The notes under the pieces: generated by a model
The model's input: the letters and a program-made list of their open reading frames with translations, nothing else
The model's database searches: none
Told to the model about the DNA's origin: nothing
Translations under genes and position numbers: made by a program
Shown: in pieces, positions 46,362 through 56,413 of the stretch
How the letters are laid out: every line of letters starts with the position of its first letter
Numbering within the stretch: position 1 is the first letter of the stretch
Assembly (NCBI GenBank): GCA_041690295.1
Contig: JAWLHR010000001.1
Span: 64,001-128,000 of the forward strand
DNA: 64,000 nt
Direction: 5' to 3'
Origin: Bdellovibrionales bacterium
GTDB lineage: Bacteria; Bdellovibrionota; Bdellovibrionia; Bdellovibrionales; UBA1609

Positions 46362-47906
46362 TTAGCGGATAAACAAGCCCAGGACGATCGCCGAACTGAT
46401 TAAACCAAAAAACACGATCCAGGCGCTACGTTCGATCACCCGTCCCAAGCGATCAAGTTCTCTTGAACGGATCTGAATGGAAAAATCCGGGTCGTTTATC
46501 CGGCGAAGAGCTTGTTTGATTTGGCGTGGCAGGAAAGCCACCAGCGAGTTCAAATCGCGCGCCGCCACCGAGGCTTCGGAGAAAAGTCGCTTCGGCTCCA
46601 TGCGAACTTGAACCAGCTCTTTCGCGAAATCCAAGGAGTAGGTGAGAAAATCAAAGTCAGGCAATACCATCCGACCCATGCCTTCAAGCGCCACGACCGA
46701 CTTGAAGAACAAAACAAGTTCGGACGGCAAAACAAGACCATGTTTTGACGCGATCGCGGTGGAACTCATGAGCAAGCGCCCAAGGTTCACATTTTTCATG
46801 GTCATCCCGAAATACGGGGCGATCAGATCCCGCGTGTCGCGGGCGAATTCGTCCACATCAATGCGGTCGGTAAAAGGCGCGAGGTCCACATAAATGTAGG
46901 CCATCCGATCATAATCTTCGTCCGCCAAGGCCAAAAACATATTGGCGATCGCATTCTGTGTTTTACGATTCAGCCGGCCGACGATCCCGAAATCAATCAA
47001 GCCGATTTTATTGTTGGGCAAAAGCAAAACATTGCCCGCATGTAGATCCCCGTGGAAAAGGCCATCGGTGTAAATCATTTTCAAGTAAGCCTTTAGGCCA
47101 CGTTTCAAAATCTCTTCCGGCTCGATCCCATCCTGGCTCAAAGCCGCGCTTTGGCTGAGAGGAATTCCCTCCAAAGCTTCCATCACCAGCACCCGCCGTC
47201 CCGTGTACTCGGTGTAAACTTCGGGAATTTTGACGTGAGGATCATTGGCGAAATTGGCCCCGAACCGGCGGATGTTGTTGGCCTCGATCACGAAGTTCAC
47301 TTCCTGCTCCAACGAGCGTCGGAATTCCGCCACCACGCCGACGGGATTGAACGGGCGAATCTCAGGAATGTACCGGGCCGCGAGCTCCGCCAGCGATTTC
47401 AAAATCTCCAAATCTTCGAAAATGATCTTTTCGATCCCCGGCCGCTGAACTTTAACCACCACCGCCTCGCCGTTTTTCAAACGCGCGCGGTGAACTTGCG
47501 CGATGCTGGCTGCGGCCATCGGGGTCTTTTCAAAATGCTCGAAGATCTCGTCCAGCGGCGCCCCGAAATGCGCGGTCAAAATGGCTTCGATTTCCTCAAA
47601 TGGCACGCCGCTGACCTGATCGTGCAACTTTTGAAACTCTTGAGAGAACTCAAGAGGAATCAGGTCCGGGCGCGTGGCCAGCAATTGTCCGAATTTAACG
47701 AAGGTGGGTCCCAATTGTTCGAACGCCATCCGCATCCGCACGGGCGCGGAAAGATGCGCGAGGTCTTTTGAAACCAAACGATTGATGACAAATCGTCCGA
47801 GTTTAGCGCGGGCGACGAGGGTGTGAAAGCCGTGAGCGGCCAGCACCCCGAGAATCGTCTTTAATCGGCCGACGTTGCGCAAACGGCGTACGGGCCTTTT
47901 CCACAC
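46362..47906 (-). CDS. UbiB/ABC1 atypical kinase family protein
   Basis: LGPTFVKFGQLLATRPD, AAASIAQVH, VKVQRP, FHGDLHAGN, IDFG. Start set at GTG 47906, which has GGAGGA upstream. Confidence 0.92.
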   Translation of the reverse strand: MWKRPVRRLRNVGRLKTILGVLAAHGFHTLVARAKLGRFVINRLVSKDLAHLSAPVRMRMAFEQLGPTFVKFGQLLATRPDLIPLEFSQEFQKLHDQVSGVPFEEIEAILTAHFGAPLDEIFEHFEKTPMAAASIAQVHRARLKNGEAVVVKVQRPGIEKIIFEDLEILKSLAELAARYIPEIRPFNPVGVVAEFRRSLEQEVNFVIEANNIRRFGANFANDPHVKIPEVYTEYTGRRVLVMEALEGIPLSQSAALSQDGIEPEEILKRGLKAYLKMIYTDGLFHGDLHAGNVLLLPNNKIGLIDFGIVGRLNRKTQNAIANMFLALADEDYDRMAYIYVDLAPFTDRIDVDEFARDTRDLIAPYFGMTMKNVNLGRLLMSSTAIASKHGLVLPSELVLFFKSVVALEGMGRMVLPDFDFLTYSLDFAKELVQVRMEPKRLFSEASVAARDLNSLVAFLPRQIKQALRRINDPDFSIQIRSRELDRLGRVIERSAWIVFFGLISSAIVLGLFIR

Positions 47907-49836
47907 GGCGTGAATCCTCCGGTATGACAAAATCAATTTGGCCCAATTCGATGTCGGTTCTGGCGACAACGACCTGAATGGGCTCACCAATCTCATAAGC
48001 CTTACCAGAATTTCGTCCCACCAGCCGCAACTTTTCCTCGTCAAACTCGAATCGATCGCCGCCCAGTTGCTCGACCCGCAGTAAACCGTCCACGTCGAAC
48101 TTGCGTAAAAGGACGAATAAACCAAAGCGGGTCACGGAACTGATCACGCCTTCGAACTCTTCGCCGATGAACTGGGTGAGAAAACGGGCCTTTTTTATGG
48201 CATGAATCTGACGCTCCGCCTTCACCGAACGCTGTTCGCAGGCGCTGAGCACGGTTCCGGCGGTGACCAATTGATCCTCAGAGAGCCTCGGTAACCGCCG
48301 GTTCGGGTAAATCGCGGCTTTAAGCAGTCGGTGCACGATTAGGTCCGGATAGCGCCGAATCGGCGACGTGAAATGAACGTAGTCCGAAAACGCCAGGCCG
48401 AAGTGCCCCACATTTTCCGCCGAGTACTTGGCCTGCGCCAATGAGCGAAGGGCCAGCATGTTTAAGATGTGTTCTTTGGGATGACCTTTAAAGTATTCGA
48501 GCGCGCGGGAAATTTTCTTTTGCAAGTGCCCGCCGCTCAACCTTTGCTTGTATCCAAAAGCCCTCAGGAACGATTCAAAATTACGGATCGCCTCGGCCGC
48601 CGGCTCTTCGTGAACCCGGTAAAGACATGGCAATTGGCGACTGGTGAAAAAGCGCCCCACGGCCACATTGGCCATCAACATCAGTTCTTCAATCAGCCGA
48701 TGGGCGAAAAGCCGCTCGGATCGCATGATGTCCACGGGCATTCCGGTTTCATCCAGCTCCACCTCGGTTTCGGGAAGATCCAGATCCAAAGAACCTTCGC
48801 GAAATCTTTTCGCCATGAGGACTTTGGCCAAGTCCGCGCAACGCAGAATATTTTCTTTTACATGTTGAACTTCCGGCGGCGTATTGCCATCGATCACTTC
48901 CTGGGCCTGACCGTAGGTCACGCGCGCGGCACTTTGAATCACCGCCTCGTAAAATTCAGAGCTCACCGGTTCACCGCGGAAATCCAGTCGCATATCCGCG
49001 ACCATGGCCAACCGGGGCACATTGGGCTTGAGCGAGCAGAGCTCGTTGCTGAGTTTCTCCGGCAGCATGGGCGCCACGAAGTTCGGAAAATAAGTGGACG
49101 TTCCCCGCAAGTAGGCGTCGTCATCGATCGCGGTTCCCTCTTTGACGTAGTGACTGACATCCGCGATGGCGACCATCAGGTGAAAACCCTTGTCGTCAAT
49201 TTCAGTGAAGACCGCATCGTCGAAATCCTTCGCGGTTTTCCCGTCGATCGTGATGAAAGGAATTGAGCGCAAATCCTTGCGTCCCTTGCAATCCCTCTCG
49301 GTGACCTCATCGGGGAGTTGCTCCGCCTCTTTCAAGGCTTCCGGACTGAATTCGTAGGGAATATTGTGGGCGTGAAGAATGCGGATGGAATCGTTCATGG
49401 GATCGGCGGCATCACCGATCACCGACACCACCCGCCCGCTGAATCCTTGCGGTGAATCCGGATAACTTTCAATCTGCACGACCACCAGATCACCGTCTTT
49501 GGGTGTCAGATCGGGCGGACAACTGACCGTCAGATCCGCGCCCCAACTGAAACTTCGATCAAGAAGAAGGCCCCGGCCGGGCCCGAGGGCACGATATTGA
49601 CCCATCGCCCGAGTCACCGCGCGTTCCAGAATTTCAATCAATTCACCGCGAAAACGAGGCCCGCCCTTCTCGCGTACGACGGTCACGCGGACGCGGTCGT
49701 TGGACATGATCCCCACCATTTCGTGCCGGGGTATATAAACATCAACGTTTTCAGCGGAGTCGGGAATTAAGAACCCAAAACCATCCGGGTGGCGTTTGAC
49801 TATGCCAGTGCATTCCCGCTGGGCGGTTTTTTTCAT
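47803..49836 (-). CDS. rnr: Ribonuclease R
   Basis: HPDGFGF cold-shock domain, TIDG.TAKDFDDA, HFGLA...Y.HFTSPIRRYPDL, S1 domain, basic tail. Confidence 0.96.
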   Translation of the reverse strand: MKKTAQRECTGIVKRHPDGFGFLIPDSAENVDVYIPRHEMVGIMSNDRVRVTVVREKGGPRFRGELIEILERAVTRAMGQYRALGPGRGLLLDRSFSWGADLTVSCPPDLTPKDGDLVVVQIESYPDSPQGFSGRVVSVIGDAADPMNDSIRILHAHNIPYEFSPEALKEAEQLPDEVTERDCKGRKDLRSIPFITIDGKTAKDFDDAVFTEIDDKGFHLMVAIADVSHYVKEGTAIDDDAYLRGTSTYFPNFVAPMLPEKLSNELCSLKPNVPRLAMVADMRLDFRGEPVSSEFYEAVIQSAARVTYGQAQEVIDGNTPPEVQHVKENILRCADLAKVLMAKRFREGSLDLDLPETEVELDETGMPVDIMRSERLFAHRLIEELMLMANVAVGRFFTSRQLPCLYRVHEEPAAEAIRNFESFLRAFGYKQRLSGGHLQKKISRALEYFKGHPKEHILNMLALRSLAQAKYSAENVGHFGLAFSDYVHFTSPIRRYPDLIVHRLLKAAIYPNRRLPRLSEDQLVTAGTVLSACEQRSVKAERQIHAIKKARFLTQFIGEEFEGVISSVTRFGLFVLLRKFDVDGLLRVEQLGGDRFEFDEEKLRLVGRNSGKAYEIGEPIQVVVARTDIELGQIDFVIPEDSRRVEKARTPFAQRRPIKDDSRGAGRSRLSHPRRPR

Positions 49837-49846
49837 ATGGCCATCA

Positions 49847-50620
49847 TTAGCGCATCTTTGTCGAACGATCCATCATTTCCTTTAGACCGTACGAAGAGAA
49901 GAGCTCATCAATGGTCATCCGGTCCACTTCACGATTGTTGATCCGGTAAAACACTTTGGTCCGATTCCATGTCACGGAGACTTCAGCTCGCATTCCATTG
50001 CGGGCCGCGACCGTCATGAAAATCGTTCCATTGCCGTTCGCCCCGGCATAGGCCTGATCCGTCTCGATGCGCACTTGAATCAAACCCACATCGCGCACTT
50101 TGAAATTTTTAAAATCAATGAGACCGCGAATTTTGGTTTGATTCAGGGACGCGTTCCCGATGACCGACATGAATCCCGTGACACTTACCGATTGAACCAA
50201 AACTTCATTATGGAACTCATGGTAGGTGTTCATATGATCACTGATGGTCCAAACGCCCCGGTCCTTTTCAAAGGTGCGGTTTTGGAGCAATGAAATGGGA
50301 CAGTTCCCGCCGCCTTTGAACTCGCGGCTGTGGGCGAAGCTCATGTGAAAATTCTCTTCGAACAATCGCCCGTTTTGATAACAACCGCTGGCCTTGAACC
50401 GATCGGCCATTTTGACGACTTTTTCACTGGGAGTCGCGGCCAACGCCGTGAAACCGCTCGAGGCCAAATTGATCGCGGCATGGGTTTCACTGAGCGAGAT
50501 ATTTATCGATCTAAAGAATTCGTATTCATTCTCGGTCAGACCCGTGCCGAGCCGTTTACCCTCATTACCGCAACTTATAAGAACCGGCAGAATGAGCCCG
50601 AAGACCACTATTGAACGCAT
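49847..50620 (-). CDS. Hypothetical lipoprotein
   Basis: GAGGAG SD, lipobox LISC, beta-rich C-terminal half. Confidence 0.75.
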   Translation of the reverse strand: MRSIVVFGLILPVLISCGNEGKRLGTGLTENEYEFFRSINISLSETHAAINLASSGFTALAATPSEKVVKMADRFKASGCYQNGRLFEENFHMSFAHSREFKGGGNCPISLLQNRTFEKDRGVWTISDHMNTYHEFHNEVLVQSVSVTGFMSVIGNASLNQTKIRGLIDFKNFKVRDVGLIQVRIETDQAYAGANGNGTIFMTVAARNGMRAEVSVTWNRTKVFYRINNREVDRMTIDELFSSYGLKEMMDRSTKMR

Positions 50621-50724
50621 CCTTGCACTCCTCTCATAGGGCTTGAGTTGTTATTGTAGAGTCGCTCACGCCCGCTTGACAATCGCTGATCTGCCTATAA
50701 AAGAGACAGCGAAGGGGGAAAGCT

Positions 50725-51627
50725 ATGAATCACGTTCCGGAATTGTCATTGCGGGCTTATACGCATGGCACCGAATATGAAAAGCTTCAGTTTTCGAATC
50801 GCCTTTTTGAAGGCTTAAAACGCTTCGGCTTCGTTATTCTGAAAGATCATCCCATCGATGTGAATCTGCTTCGACAAGCCTATAAATTGAGTGAAGCTCT
50901 GTTCCAACTGCCGACGGAAGTGAAGATGACCTACCAAACTCCGGGGGGTGCCGGCGAGCGCGGCTACACACCTTTCGGCAAAGAACATGCGAAGGACTCA
51001 CAGTTCCCCGATTTAAAAGAATTCTGGCATGTGGGACGCGACGAAAACATCTGGCCAGCCGAAATTCCCGAGTTCGAATCGGTTTTTAAAACCTTGTATC
51101 AAGCGCTGGATGATACCGGCCGCATCATGCTTCAAGCTCTCACCATCCCGTTGGATCTCGACAAAGATTATTTTTCCGAGATGACCTGCAGGGGAAGTTC
51201 GATCCTGCGCCTGCTCCATTATCCGCCGATTCCCGCGGATGCGGATCCGCGTTGTGTTCGCGCCGCCGCCCATGAGGACATCAACCTCATCACTTTACTT
51301 GTATCCGCCTCAGCCTCGGGTTTGGAGTTGCTTGATCGGGATGGCAACTGGCTGCCGATTGAAACTTCACCGGACAACATCATCGTGGATTCGGGCGATA
51401 TGTTGGCTCGTATAACCAACGAAGTCATACCCGCGACCACACACCGCGTGGTGAATCCGAAGGGGCCGAATATGTCCCGCTACTCAATGCCGTTTTTCAT
51501 GCATCCCAATCCGGATGCGGTACTCTCCTGCTTGCCATCTTGCATTGGCTCGGGGCGCCGCTATCCCGATATCTTAGCGAATGATTTTCTGCTGCAGCGC
51601 CTTCGCGAAATTGGGTTGAAAACCTAA
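50725..51627 (+). CDS. 2-oxoglutarate/Fe(II) dioxygenase (IPNS family)
   Basis: DLKE, LRLLHYPP, HED, THRV, RYS motifs. Confidence 0.92.
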   Translation: MNHVPELSLRAYTHGTEYEKLQFSNRLFEGLKRFGFVILKDHPIDVNLLRQAYKLSEALFQLPTEVKMTYQTPGGAGERGYTPFGKEHAKDSQFPDLKEFWHVGRDENIWPAEIPEFESVFKTLYQALDDTGRIMLQALTIPLDLDKDYFSEMTCRGSSILRLLHYPPIPADADPRCVRAAAHEDINLITLLVSASASGLELLDRDGNWLPIETSPDNIIVDSGDMLARITNEVIPATTHRVVNPKGPNMSRYSMPFFMHPNPDAVLSCLPSCIGSGRRYPDILANDFLLQRLREIGLKT

Positions 51628-51678
51628 AAATCGAATTGATAGCGTGATCGGATGCCTTAGCGGCATAGGGGGGAAGAT

Positions 51679-52353
51679 ATGATCACACGACTCACATTGG
51701 TTTTTTTATTTATCAGCTCAATGGCCAACGCGGTTATCGCCAATTCGGATCCTTCGAAGTGGGATATCGCAAGCGTAAAGATTGTTGAGGTCGCCGATGA
51801 GGCCGAAGCCCTCGATGATTTCAACATCGATGATTGCGTCAGTGATAACGCTGACATCAGTGGAATCGGCTGGTCGGATATCATCAACATCGGCCAGAAA
51901 GCCTGGCAGCTGGTTTTGGATAATAAGCCGGTGTTGCACACCAAAACTCCGGTGGCTCATGCTTTGCCCAAAGGACTGACGTGCTGGACCGATCTGGAAA
52001 AGTGGAGCAATCCGCAAATGCGTTCCTACGAAGTGCTCTACACCAATGGTTTTGGACAGGAAGTGGTGAAATTTCGCTTTCGCCTCCATCACACCTATGG
52101 CGGCCGCAAAGCCGGCACCGGCCGGTATATCGCCAACGCCACGATTCTTCCGTCACAGGTGGACGTGAACTGGGGGTATAAATTCAATGCCATTCTCGAA
52201 GTCGGTAAACCTGTGAATATCGGCACGAATGAAAATCCGGTGGCGGGCCTGGAAATGAATCTGCGATGGAAGGTGAGCACTTTATTGAAGGAGAGCCAAA
52301 GCTCTGTCCATTTCTTTGTCACCGGCGATGGTGACGTCCAAGTCGCCGAATAA
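51679..52353 (+). CDS. Secreted hypothetical protein
   Basis: Signal peptide, acidic segment, amphipathic helix WSDIINIGQKAWQLV, beta-rich body. Confidence 0.8.
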   Translation: MITRLTLVFLFISSMANAVIANSDPSKWDIASVKIVEVADEAEALDDFNIDDCVSDNADISGIGWSDIINIGQKAWQLVLDNKPVLHTKTPVAHALPKGLTCWTDLEKWSNPQMRSYEVLYTNGFGQEVVKFRFRLHHTYGGRKAGTGRYIANATILPSQVDVNWGYKFNAILEVGKPVNIGTNENPVAGLEMNLRWKVSTLLKESQSSVHFFVTGDGDVQVAE

Positions 52354-52444
52354 TTTATCGTCCTAATTTGAGACACGCTCTTTTCCTGCCGTCCCCACAC
52401 TTGCTAAGCTGACAAGTGTGGGGGATGAGCGGAAAGAGTCTGCT

Positions 52445-52963
52445 ATGAAGTTGTTGATGATTCTAAGCTCCTTTCTGATCGCGATTCCATCTTGGGCATA
52501 CGATAGTCTTAGCGAATCTGAACTGGATTACATTTTCGATGATGTTGGCGCCAACGTGAGTGATGCGGACACTGGTGAATCCGGTCGCGCCTCGGCCGAG
52601 ACCACCGCTGACTTTCGTCCCTCTCCGTACCAGGAGCTGGACGACGACGACGCCGTGGCGGACGAGGTTGAAGGATCGGCGCCTGAAGACCGAATGGATT
52701 ATTACACCACGACCTCACCAACGCCGGAGCCCATTTACGACGCTCCAGCCACGCGATCCTTGATTCCCGACTCCGCCGACCGCCCGGTTGTTGAGCGGGC
52801 GATCAACAAAAAGAAACGAGCCAAGGCGAAGGTCAAAGCTAAATCCAAATCGAAAAGCGCGAAATATAAGAAAGCCAAGAAAAAGAAGCGCCACCTAAGC
52901 AAAGCCAAGAAGCCTAAAAAGAAAAAGAAGAAGGGTCGCTTGCTCGCTGGCAAAAAGCGCTAG
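52445..52963 (+). CDS. Secreted low-complexity protein with acidic N-half and Lys-rich C-tail
   Basis: Signal peptide ending SWA; D/E-rich block, then KKKRAKAKVKAK...KKKKKGR. Confidence 0.7.
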   Translation: MKLLMILSSFLIAIPSWAYDSLSESELDYIFDDVGANVSDADTGESGRASAETTADFRPSPYQELDDDDAVADEVEGSAPEDRMDYYTTTSPTPEPIYDAPATRSLIPDSADRPVVERAINKKKRAKAKVKAKSKSKSAKYKKAKKKKRHLSKAKKPKKKKKKGRLLAGKKR

Positions 52964-55647
52964 CTGAGACGGGCGAGCGCGGCTTCCAAAGTGCTGATCT
53001 GGGCTTTGGATTCCTCTAATTGACGCTGACCTTGTTGAACGACCTCCGCGGGAGCATTGGCCGCGAACTTCGGATCACTCAACCGCTGAGTCAGAACAGC
53101 CACATCCTTTTGCAGCTTTTCGATCGCCTTACGGATGCGTTTGATTTCCTCTTCGATATTAACCAGGCCTTCCAGCGGAACAATTACGTCGACTTTCATA
53201 TCCGCCAGTTGCACCGGCTGAACGGCGCATTTCGAAAGATTACCGGCCTCGCCGATCTCGCAGTTTTCAAGGCGGGCCATGGTCATGATCGCCACTTTGT
53301 TCTCACCCAGAACTTTTTGGGCCTTATCATCGTGCGGAGCCAAGCGGACATTGATTTTCAGTCCCGGCTTAATTCGGTTTTCGCCACGGATGTTGCGAAT
53401 GGCGGCGATCACTTCGCGGACCAAATCCATATTGGTGGCCACTTCTTCGGATCCCAGCGCCAATAAAGCTTTGTCGTTCCGCGGGTGCGGGTAGGTATCA
53501 ATAATGGCGGCTTCGCTTCGGATCGGGAGCTTTTGATAAATTTCTTCGGTAATGAACGGCGCGAACGGATGAAGCAATCGCACGATGCGATTCAACACCT
53601 GAGCCAAAATCAATTGGGTCGCGCGTTTTTGCGTGACATCCAATTCACCGTGGAAAACAGGTTTAATGAATTCCAAATACCAATCACAAAAGACATTCCA
53701 TACGAAAGCGTAGAGCGTGTTGGCCGCGTCGCTGAAACGATAGGCTTTCAAATATTCATCGACCTCTTTTTCGACCACACCCAACTTGTAAACGATCCAC
53801 TGATCGGCATGGCTCATCTCGCTCTTCGAGGGAAGCGCGTCCAGCCCGTCCGCCGGAGTCACGAAATCCGCCAGGTTGGTTAACGAAAACCGTGCCGCAT
53901 TCCAAAGCTTGTTCATGAAGTTGCGATAACCTTCGAGCCGCTGCGTGGAGAATTTAAGGTCGCGCCCGCTGGCGATCTGTGAAATCAAAGTGTACCGAAG
54001 CGCATCCGCCCCCCACTGCTCGATCAATTTCACCGGATCTTCCGCATTGCCTAACGACTTGGACATCTTGCGACCTTGGGCGTCGCGGATCACACCGTGA
54101 ATGTAGACGGTTCGGAAAGGCACGTCGTGCTTGAACTCCAAGCCCATCATGATCATGCGGGCCACCCAGAAGAAAATAATGTCGAATCCGGTCACTAACA
54201 CCGAAGTGGGATAAAACGTCTCCTGTAGCTCCGTTTTCTCCGGCCAGCCCATGGTGGAAAACGGCCAAAGCGCCGAACTGAACCAGGTGTCGAGCACGTC
54301 TTCTTCTTGCGTGAGCCCCGCGTGCCCGCAATGGGCGCATTTATCCGGATCAACCTCGGCGACCGTCACTTTCTTGCAGTTGGCGCAGTTCCACGCCGGA
54401 ATCCGGTGCCCCCACCAAAGCTGGCGGGAAATGCACCAATCCTCGATGATGTTCATCCAGTGCAGATACGTTTTGGTCCACGACTCCGGTTCAAAGACGA
54501 TGGTTCCGCTCTCCACCACCCGTTTGGCCGGGGCCGCGAGCGGCGCGGTCTTAACAAACCATTGCTCGGACAAAAAGGGCTCGACCACGCAGTCCGTACG
54601 GGAACAATGTCCCACTTGATGCGTGTGCGGTTCCACCTTCACCAGCAGTCCCAGCTTTTCCAAGTCGGCGACCACTTGTTTGCGCGCTTCTTGAACTTTC
54701 TTGCCCTGGTAGGGACCCGCGTTCTCATTCAGAGTGCCGTTCTTGTTCAGGATGTTGATCATCGGCAGTTTATGCCGCTGCCCGACCGCGTAGTCGTTGA
54801 AATCATGGGCGGGAGTGATCTTGACCACGCCGGAGCCGAATTCACGGTCGACGTATTGATCCGCGATGATCGGAATTGTGCGATTGGTGAGCGGCAATTG
54901 CACCATTTTGCCGACCAGCTCACGATAGCGGTCATCCTCGGGATGGACGGCCACCGCCGTGTCACCCAACATCGTCTCGGGTCGCGTGGTGGCCACTTCG
55001 AGGGCGCCGCTGCCGTCGGCCAGCGGATACTTGATATGGTAAATCTGGCCTTTGACTTCTTTGTGTTCGACTTCCAAATCGGAAATCGCGGATTCCAGCG
55101 CGGGACTCCAGTTAATGAGCTTGAGGCCTTTGTAAATCAAACCCTTCTTATAGAGTTCAACGAAGACTTTACGAACCGCTTTGGAAACACCCTCATCCAA
55201 AGTGAAGACCAGGCGGTCCCAATCGCACGAATCGCCGAGCAGACGCATCTGTTCAAGAATTCGGCCGCCGTACTGATTCTTCCACTCCCACACCCGCTCG
55301 ACGAATTTTTCCCGTCCCAATTGCTGGCGCGTCGTATTTTCTTTTTTCAGTTCCCGCTCGACCACGCTTTGTGTGGCGATGCCGGCATGATCCAGACCGG
55401 GCAGCCACAACACATTGAATCCCTGCATGCGCTTCCAACGCACCAGCAAATCCTGGACGGAATGATTTAGGGCGTGCCCCAGGTGAAGTGACCCAGTCAC
55501 ATTGGGCGGAGGCAGGATGATGCTGAAGGGAAGCCTGGTGGATTTCTCCTCCGCTTTAAAATAACCGTTCCGGGACCACCATTGGTAGATCCGGCCTTCG
55601 ACATCTTGGGGATTATATCGGTCTGAAAGTTCCACTTGTTGGCACAT
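52960..55647 (-). CDS. valS: Valine-tRNA ligase
   Basis: PPPNVTGSLHLGH, DWCISRQLWWGH, KMSKS, C-terminal coiled coil; exact start uncertain. Confidence 0.98.
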   Translation of the reverse strand: MCQQVELSDRYNPQDVEGRIYQWWSRNGYFKAEEKSTRLPFSIILPPPNVTGSLHLGHALNHSVQDLLVRWKRMQGFNVLWLPGLDHAGIATQSVVERELKKENTTRQQLGREKFVERVWEWKNQYGGRILEQMRLLGDSCDWDRLVFTLDEGVSKAVRKVFVELYKKGLIYKGLKLINWSPALESAISDLEVEHKEVKGQIYHIKYPLADGSGALEVATTRPETMLGDTAVAVHPEDDRYRELVGKMVQLPLTNRTIPIIADQYVDREFGSGVVKITPAHDFNDYAVGQRHKLPMINILNKNGTLNENAGPYQGKKVQEARKQVVADLEKLGLLVKVEPHTHQVGHCSRTDCVVEPFLSEQWFVKTAPLAAPAKRVVESGTIVFEPESWTKTYLHWMNIIEDWCISRQLWWGHRIPAWNCANCKKVTVAEVDPDKCAHCGHAGLTQEEDVLDTWFSSALWPFSTMGWPEKTELQETFYPTSVLVTGFDIIFFWVARMIMMGLEFKHDVPFRTVYIHGVIRDAQGRKMSKSLGNAEDPVKLIEQWGADALRYTLISQIASGRDLKFSTQRLEGYRNFMNKLWNAARFSLTNLADFVTPADGLDALPSKSEMSHADQWIVYKLGVVEKEVDEYLKAYRFSDAANTLYAFVWNVFCDWYLEFIKPVFHGELDVTQKRATQLILAQVLNRIVRLLHPFAPFITEEIYQKLPIRSEAAIIDTYPHPRNDKALLALGSEEVATNMDLVREVIAAIRNIRGENRIKPGLKINVRLAPHDDKAQKVLGENKVAIMTMARLENCEIGEAGNLSKCAVQPVQLADMKVDVIVPLEGLVNIEEEIKRIRKAIEKLQKDVAVLTQRLSDPKFAANAPAEVVQQGQRQLEESKAQISTLEAALARLS

Positions 55648-55704
55648 TAGCATTGACCCGAAGGGGTGCACAAGTGCATGGATCAAGAATACGGGAGGGT
55701 TGTT

Positions 55705-56085
55705 ATGAATATGAAATGGGTTCGTGCCCGAGATGGTGTCATCGCCGGCGTCTGTAAAGGCGTGGCTCGGAATCTGGATATTCCCGTTGGGGTTTTACGC
55801 CTGGTCTGGTTGGTTGGAGTTTTGTTCTTCGGAGCCGGGCTCTGGTTGTACATCATGCTCGCCATCAGTTTGCCTCGTGAGGACAGAGTGGTTCAGGCAT
55901 TGAATCCCATGCTCTTGGGTGTTTGCTCCCGAATCGCGCTGCGCACTCATATCGAAATCGGAGTGGTCCGCTTTTTGACGATTTCACTGGCCTTTCTGTC
56001 ATTCGGTGCCACTGTCGTTGGATACATCGTGCTCTACTTCGTGCTGGATCAATCGCCGAAGCCCCTGCAAGGCCCTGAAGCTTAA
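55705..56085 (+). CDS. Tandem PspC-domain membrane protein
   Basis: GGGAGG SD; IAGVC.GVA...LRL and LLGVC..IA...VVRF repeats. Confidence 0.85.
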   Translation: MNMKWVRARDGVIAGVCKGVARNLDIPVGVLRLVWLVGVLFFGAGLWLYIMLAISLPREDRVVQALNPMLLGVCSRIALRTHIEIGVVRFLTISLAFLSFGATVVGYIVLYFVLDQSPKPLQGPEA

Positions 56086-56089
56086 TTGA

Positions 56090-56413
56090 TCAATACTCCG
56101 ATAAGAGGCCGGCCACTCCACCGGTTAAGACATAAACATTGCGAAAGCCGGCCGACGTTAAGTCCCTGGCTTGCGCGCTTGAGAGACGTCCATCCTCACA
56201 AAATAAAACAATCGGAAAATCGAGGTCGATACGGTTTTCCGCCAGGTAACTTTCGATCCCCATGGCTTCAATCCGAGTGGCTCGCATGAGCATCTGATCC
56301 AGCTCCGGTCGGGTCGCAAGCGCCTGACGGCGCAGATCAAAGAATAAAAACCGGTTCGGATTGGTGAAGAGATTCTCCAATTGGAAGAGGCCGATTTCCA
56401 TATAGTCATCCAC
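56090..56413 (-). CDS. Rhodanese-like protein
   Basis: DLR, IVLFCEDG.LS..AR.L...GF.NVYVLTGG. Confidence 0.85.
   Translation of the reverse strand: MDDYMEIGLFQLENLFTNPNRFLFFDLRRQALATRPELDQMLMRATRIEAMGIESYLAENRIDLDFPIVLFCEDGRLSSAQARDLTSAGFRNVYVLTGGVAGLLSEY

Noticed and set aside
47907..48125. Long N-terminal extension of the UbiB ORF
   Set aside because: Lies wholly in rnr; a good SD supports GTG 47906.
54307..55470. 387-aa plus-strand ORF
   Set aside because: Antisense shadow of valS.
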